From Bacteroidia bacterium (lineage in GTDB: Bacteria; Bacteroidota; Bacteroidia; NS11-12g; UBA955), in assembly GCA_044357345.1 (NCBI GenBank), contig JBIKPR010000003.1, positions 23,887-87,886 of the forward strand: a stretch of DNA of 64,000 nucleotides, read 5' to 3'. Below the pieces are notes generated by a model. The model made no database searches. It was given only the letters and a program-made list of their open reading frames with translations, and was not told the DNA's origin. The position numbers and the translations under genes are program-made. Of the stretch, positions 60,223 to 64,000 are shown in pieces. Every line of letters starts with the position of its first letter. Positions within the stretch are counted from its first letter, which is position 1.

Positions 60223-60975
60223 TTGAAAGTTTCAATCATAACTATCTGCTATAATGCAGAGAAGACAATATTAAAGACTGTAAAGTCTGTATTGGAACAG
60301 GACTATAAAAACATCGAATATATAATTATTGATGGTGCATCTACCGATAATACAGTTTCGATTTTGAATGCGTTTGCCAATAATGAATTTAAACTACTTA
60401 GCGAAAAAGATGATGGACTTTACGATGCTATTAATAAAGGAATAAGTATCTGCACAGGTGATGTAATTGGGCTTTTACATTCGGATGATATTTATTCAAA
60501 TTCTAATGTTATATCTACAATAGTTTCGCATTTTGAACTTGATAAATCTATAGATGCTTTATCAAGTTCAGTAGAAATATTTAAGTCAGATAATTTTATT
60601 AATCCTTACAGAATTTATAGGGCAAATAGTTTTAAGAGTTGGCAATTTAAAATTGGAATTCAACCCCCACATCCAGGATTTTTTATTACCAAACATGCTT
60701 TTGAAAATGTAGGATACTACCGTACTCAGTATAAAATTAGTGGTGATTTTGATTGGCTTTTGAGGGCCATTTTAGTCAATAAACTAAAAGTGAAATATAT
60801 AGAATATGTTAGTGTTTTTATGCTTGATGGAGGACTAAGTTCTTCAGGATGGAAGAGTAAAGTTAGAATGAACAATGAAAATTTAAAAATCCTTAAATCT
60901 CATGGCATTTATAGCAATAAAATATTGATTTATTTTAAGTATTTTCTAAAGATATTTCAAATAAGAAGCTTGTAA
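60223..60975 (+). CDS. Glycosyltransferase family 2
   Basis: It has LKVSIITICYNAEKTI, IIIDGASTDNT and HSDD. The TTG at 60223, just after the upstream stop, is preferred over the TTG at 60211. Confidence 0.8.
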   Translation: MKVSIITICYNAEKTILKTVKSVLEQDYKNIEYIIIDGASTDNTVSILNAFANNEFKLLSEKDDGLYDAINKGISICTGDVIGLLHSDDIYSNSNVISTIVSHFELDKSIDALSSSVEIFKSDNFINPYRIYRANSFKSWQFKIGIQPPHPGFFITKHAFENVGYYRTQYKISGDFDWLLRAILVNKLKVKYIEYVSVFMLDGGLSSSGWKSKVRMNNENLKILKSHGIYSNKILIYFKYFLKIFQIRSL

Positions 60976-60985
60976 TTGCCTAGAT

Positions 60986-63832
60986 CTATTTTCGGCTTAA
61001 TTTATCGATTAAAAATTGCCCAGTATAGCTATCCTTCTTATTAATTATGTCTTCTGGTACACCTTCAAAAACCAAGCTCCCTCCTTTATCGCCGCCTTCT
61101 GGACCTAGGTCAATTAACCAATCGGCACATTTAATCACATCTACATTATGTTCTATAATAATCACAGTATGGCCTTTTTCTATAAGGGCATTAAAACAGA
61201 ACAGTAATTTGTGAATATCATGAAAGTGTAAGCCTGTGGTTGGTTCATCAAATATAAAAACAGTATGACTTTCTTTGGTATTTCCTTTTCCTAGAAAGGT
61301 TGCTAGCTTTATTCTTTGCGCTTCTCCACCACTTAGTGTGTTGCTCGATTGCCCAAGAGCCACATAGCCTAAACCAACACTCTGTAAAGGCGCAATTTTG
61401 GCAGCTATACTTGGTTTATCACTAAAAAACTCCATCGATTGATCAACAGTCAACTCAAGAATATCGGCAATGTTTTTTCCATTGTAACTAACCTCTAGAA
61501 TCTCTTCTTTAAATCTTTTGCCCTTGCAAAACTCACATGGCAAAATTAAATCTGCCATGAATTGCATTTCTATAGTTACCTCCCCTTCCCCTTTACATTG
61601 TTCGCATCTACCGCCATCAACATTAAATGAGAAATGTGAAGGTTTTAATTTTTTCGCTTTTGCAGCAGGCAATTCTGAATAAAGCTCTCTAATGCTGTCG
61701 TAGGCTTTAATGTATGTGATTGGGTTGCTTCTGCTCGATTTACCAATAGGATTTTGATCAACCATTTCAACTTGCTTCACCAGATTAATATCACCTATTA
61801 TTTTTTCATGTCGCCCAGTTTTAGTGCCAGTGTAATTGCCAATTGCTTTGTTTAAACCTGGGTAAAAAATATTTTTAATTAAAGTTGTCTTTCCACTTCC
61901 ACTCACTCCTGTAACACAAGACATAACTTGTAATGGAATTTTAACACCAATATTCTTAAGATTATTTTCTCTCGCGCCAACTATTTCAATACTGTTTTTC
62001 CAAGTCCTTCTCGTTTTGGGTGTATCGATTCCCAAACGCCCACTTAAATATTTGCCAGTCAAACTTCTTTCGCTTTCAAGTATTTCATTAAAAACACCAC
62101 TAAATATTAGTTCACCGCCAAATGTGCCTGCTTCAGGTCCTATGTCAATCAACCGATCAGCAGCCTTCATCATTTCTTCCTCGTGTTCAACCACGATAAC
62201 CGTGTTGCCAATTTTCTGAAGACTTTTTAAAACCTCAATTAATTTCAAAGTGTCTCTAGGGTGTAGACCAATACTTGGCTCATCCAAAATATACATACTG
62301 CCGGTTAAGCTACTGCCTAAAGAAGTGGCTAAATTTATCCTTTGTGATTCTCCTCCACTTAAGCTGTTGCTCAGTCTATTTAATCCCAAATAACCCAAAC
62401 CTACATCTTTTAAGAAATTCAATCTATTTTGGATTTCAATAAATATTCGGCCTCCGATATGCATATCGTTTTCATTCAATTTTACTGCATTGAAATAATA
62501 ACTAGCTTGATCAACAGACATGAGCAGCACTTCTTGAATGCTTAGTAACTTAGGAAGATTTTTGTTAAAGTTTTCAGCAATTAGCTTTACATAAGAGGCA
62601 TCCTTTCTAAGCCTAGTTCCGCGGCAATCAGGACAAGTAGTTTTGCCTCTGTATCTGCTCAACATCACTCTGTATTGAATCTTGTATGATTTTTCTTCTA
62701 ATGATTTGAAAAAGGTAACCAACCCAGGAATTTTTTTGTTTCCTTGCCAAAGCAAATCTTTTTCTTTCTCGTTTAAATCATGGTAACTTCTATGAACTGG
62801 AAAATCAAACTCTAAGGCCAATCTTACAAAATCTTCTTTCCATTCACTCATGGTTTCACCTTTCCAGGGTTGAATACAACCTTCGTACACACTTAATGTT
62901 TTATCAGGTATCACCAAGTCCTCATCGATTCCAATTACTTGTCCGTATCCTTCGCATGTTTTACATGCACCGAGGGGATTGTTAAAGCTTAAGAAGTCTT
63001 TACTGGGTATTTCAAAATTGATTCCATCGGCTTCGAACTTATTCGAAAAATCATGTAAGCTGTCTTCAACTTTTATATAACAAGTTCCCAATCCTTCCCA
63101 AAATGCACTTTCAACAGAATCAGCAGCTCGATTTTGCAAATCTTCATCATCCTTTTGTATGATTAAGCGGTCAATTACTAAATAATTCTTCTTGGATTTT
63201 AAATCGGTTTTTGGATCAATTTCTGCAATTTTTAATATTCCACTATCAGTCAGAATCCTAACAAAACCTTGCTGTATATAGGTGTTAATTATCTCTTTTT
63301 CTTTCCCCTTTTTAATGCTTATTTCGCTTAATATTAAAATACTCTGACCTTCATCAAGAGATTTAATGAAATTTACAACATCATCGGTTGTATGGCGCCT
63401 TACTTCTTTGCCACTTATTGGTGATATAGTTCTTCCAATTCTTGAAAATAGTAGTTTTAGATAATCATAAATCTCAGTGCTTGTTGAGACCGTGCTTCTT
63501 GGATTTCTAGTATTTACTTTTTGTTCTATTGCAATTGCTGGGGCCAATCCTTCAATAAAATCAACTTCAGGTTTATTCATCCGACCTAGAAATTGCCTTG
63601 CATAACTGCTTAAACTCTCTACATATCTTCTTTGGCCTTCTGCAAAAAGGGTATCAAAAACAAGGCTGCTTTTGCCACTTCCAGATACACCTGTAACAAC
63701 CGTGAAACTGCCCGATGGTATTTCAACTTGAATGTTTTTTAAATTATGTACCCGAGCGCCTCGGATGATTATATTTGGATATTTAGCCACGTTTTTTGAG
63801 TAACATGCAAAGGTAGATTTTTGTTTTGACAA
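60986..63832 (-). CDS. uvrA: Excinuclease ABC subunit A
   Basis: 948 aa with a TTG start. It has IRGARVHNLKNI, two ABC ATPase modules (GVSGSGKSSL and GVSGSGKTTL; LSGGESQR and LSGGEAQR) and Zn-finger cysteines (CKTCEGYG, CPDCRGTR, CEQCKGEG...CEFCKGKR). Confidence 0.95.
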   Translation of the reverse strand: MSKQKSTFACYSKNVAKYPNIIIRGARVHNLKNIQVEIPSGSFTVVTGVSGSGKSSLVFDTLFAEGQRRYVESLSSYARQFLGRMNKPEVDFIEGLAPAIAIEQKVNTRNPRSTVSTSTEIYDYLKLLFSRIGRTISPISGKEVRRHTTDDVVNFIKSLDEGQSILILSEISIKKGKEKEIINTYIQQGFVRILTDSGILKIAEIDPKTDLKSKKNYLVIDRLIIQKDDEDLQNRAADSVESAFWEGLGTCYIKVEDSLHDFSNKFEADGINFEIPSKDFLSFNNPLGACKTCEGYGQVIGIDEDLVIPDKTLSVYEGCIQPWKGETMSEWKEDFVRLALEFDFPVHRSYHDLNEKEKDLLWQGNKKIPGLVTFFKSLEEKSYKIQYRVMLSRYRGKTTCPDCRGTRLRKDASYVKLIAENFNKNLPKLLSIQEVLLMSVDQASYYFNAVKLNENDMHIGGRIFIEIQNRLNFLKDVGLGYLGLNRLSNSLSGGESQRINLATSLGSSLTGSMYILDEPSIGLHPRDTLKLIEVLKSLQKIGNTVIVVEHEEEMMKAADRLIDIGPEAGTFGGELIFSGVFNEILESERSLTGKYLSGRLGIDTPKTRRTWKNSIEIVGARENNLKNIGVKIPLQVMSCVTGVSGSGKTTLIKNIFYPGLNKAIGNYTGTKTGRHEKIIGDINLVKQVEMVDQNPIGKSSRSNPITYIKAYDSIRELYSELPAAKAKKLKPSHFSFNVDGGRCEQCKGEGEVTIEMQFMADLILPCEFCKGKRFKEEILEVSYNGKNIADILELTVDQSMEFFSDKPSIAAKIAPLQSVGLGYVALGQSSNTLSGGEAQRIKLATFLGKGNTKESHTVFIFDEPTTGLHFHDIHKLLFCFNALIEKGHTVIIIEHNVDVIKCADWLIDLGPEGGDKGGSLVFEGVPEDIINKKDSYTGQFLIDKLSRK

Positions 63833-63906
63833 TGGAAATTAAACCTGCCTTTTTATTTATGAAAGGATGTGGCCTAATAATTTTGAATTTATTGCGTTTT
63901 TAAAAG

Positions 63907-64000
63907 ATGAAACTTTTTCTTGTCTTATGCATTTTTATTTGCTGTAATTTTGAAGTACAGTCAAATAGAGTTTGTTCTGAAACAAACGAATTTATTACCT
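63907..64000 (+). CDS. 5' end of a putative secreted protein or lipoprotein (truncated by the window edge)
   Basis: MKLFLVLCIFICCNFEVQSN is signal-peptide-like with Cys residues at the end of the hydrophobic core. Only 31 codons are visible. Confidence 0.3.
   Translation, partial: MKLFLVLCIFICCNFEVQSNRVCSETNEFIT

Overview
This is a low-GC, Bacteroidota-like (probably Flavobacteriia) chromosomal segment; the taxon is inferred from gene content, the GxxExxY gene and the CGCAAAG-type repeats, not computed. Positions 1-60975 form one very large, almost entirely plus-strand surface-polysaccharide (O-antigen/capsule-type) super-locus. uvrA (60986-63832, minus strand) marks its right border. I support about 60 CDS:
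- At least 15 glycosyltransferases (GT2, GT4 and GT-B-like).
- Five DegT-fold sugar aminotransferases, including a clear WecE.
- An FdtA/FdtC/FdtB-type 3-acetamido-3,6-dideoxyhexose set.
- An AlgD-like nucleotide-sugar dehydrogenase.
- Two AsnB-type amidotransferases, one fused to a WbuX-like PP-loop domain.
- A carbamoyltransferase with SxtJ/SxtK-like partners.
- Three polyprenyl-phosphate GT2s and four GT-C-like polytopic membrane proteins.

The locus is visibly mosaic. It carries one IS3-family element (28655-29909) with an A6G frameshift site and a nonsense-interrupted transposase. It also carries a relic in which the 5' end of the dehydrogenase gene is fused to the last 120 bp of that IS (19157-19427), a decayed asnB 3' relic (24166-24575), and a multi-lesion pseudogene beside the IS.

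The candidates I consider most likely to be undescribed are:
1. 39960-44435, with the orphan gene at 44429-45688. A NANS-type nonulosonate-9-phosphate synthase, a KdsC-type phosphatase and a CMP-transferase sit next to an Fe-ADH/DegT pair. This mirrors the KdnB/KdnA logic of Kdo8N synthesis and so predicts a terminal-amino nonulosonic acid.
2. 31743-33824. A polytopic GT-C-like membrane domain is fused to a phosphoribulokinase/uridine-kinase-family P-loop kinase. It sits in a module with a HAD hydrolase, a GDPD, twin nucleotidyltransferases, a GT2 and a GT-C.
3. 30540-37179. A family of long CGCAAAG-unit palindromic intergenic elements occurs here, and one carries a GxxExxY (PD-(D/E)XK-like) gene in its loop.

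No tRNA, rRNA or CRISPR array was seen. All functional calls come from motif recognition by eye and recalled family knowledge; no database search was run.
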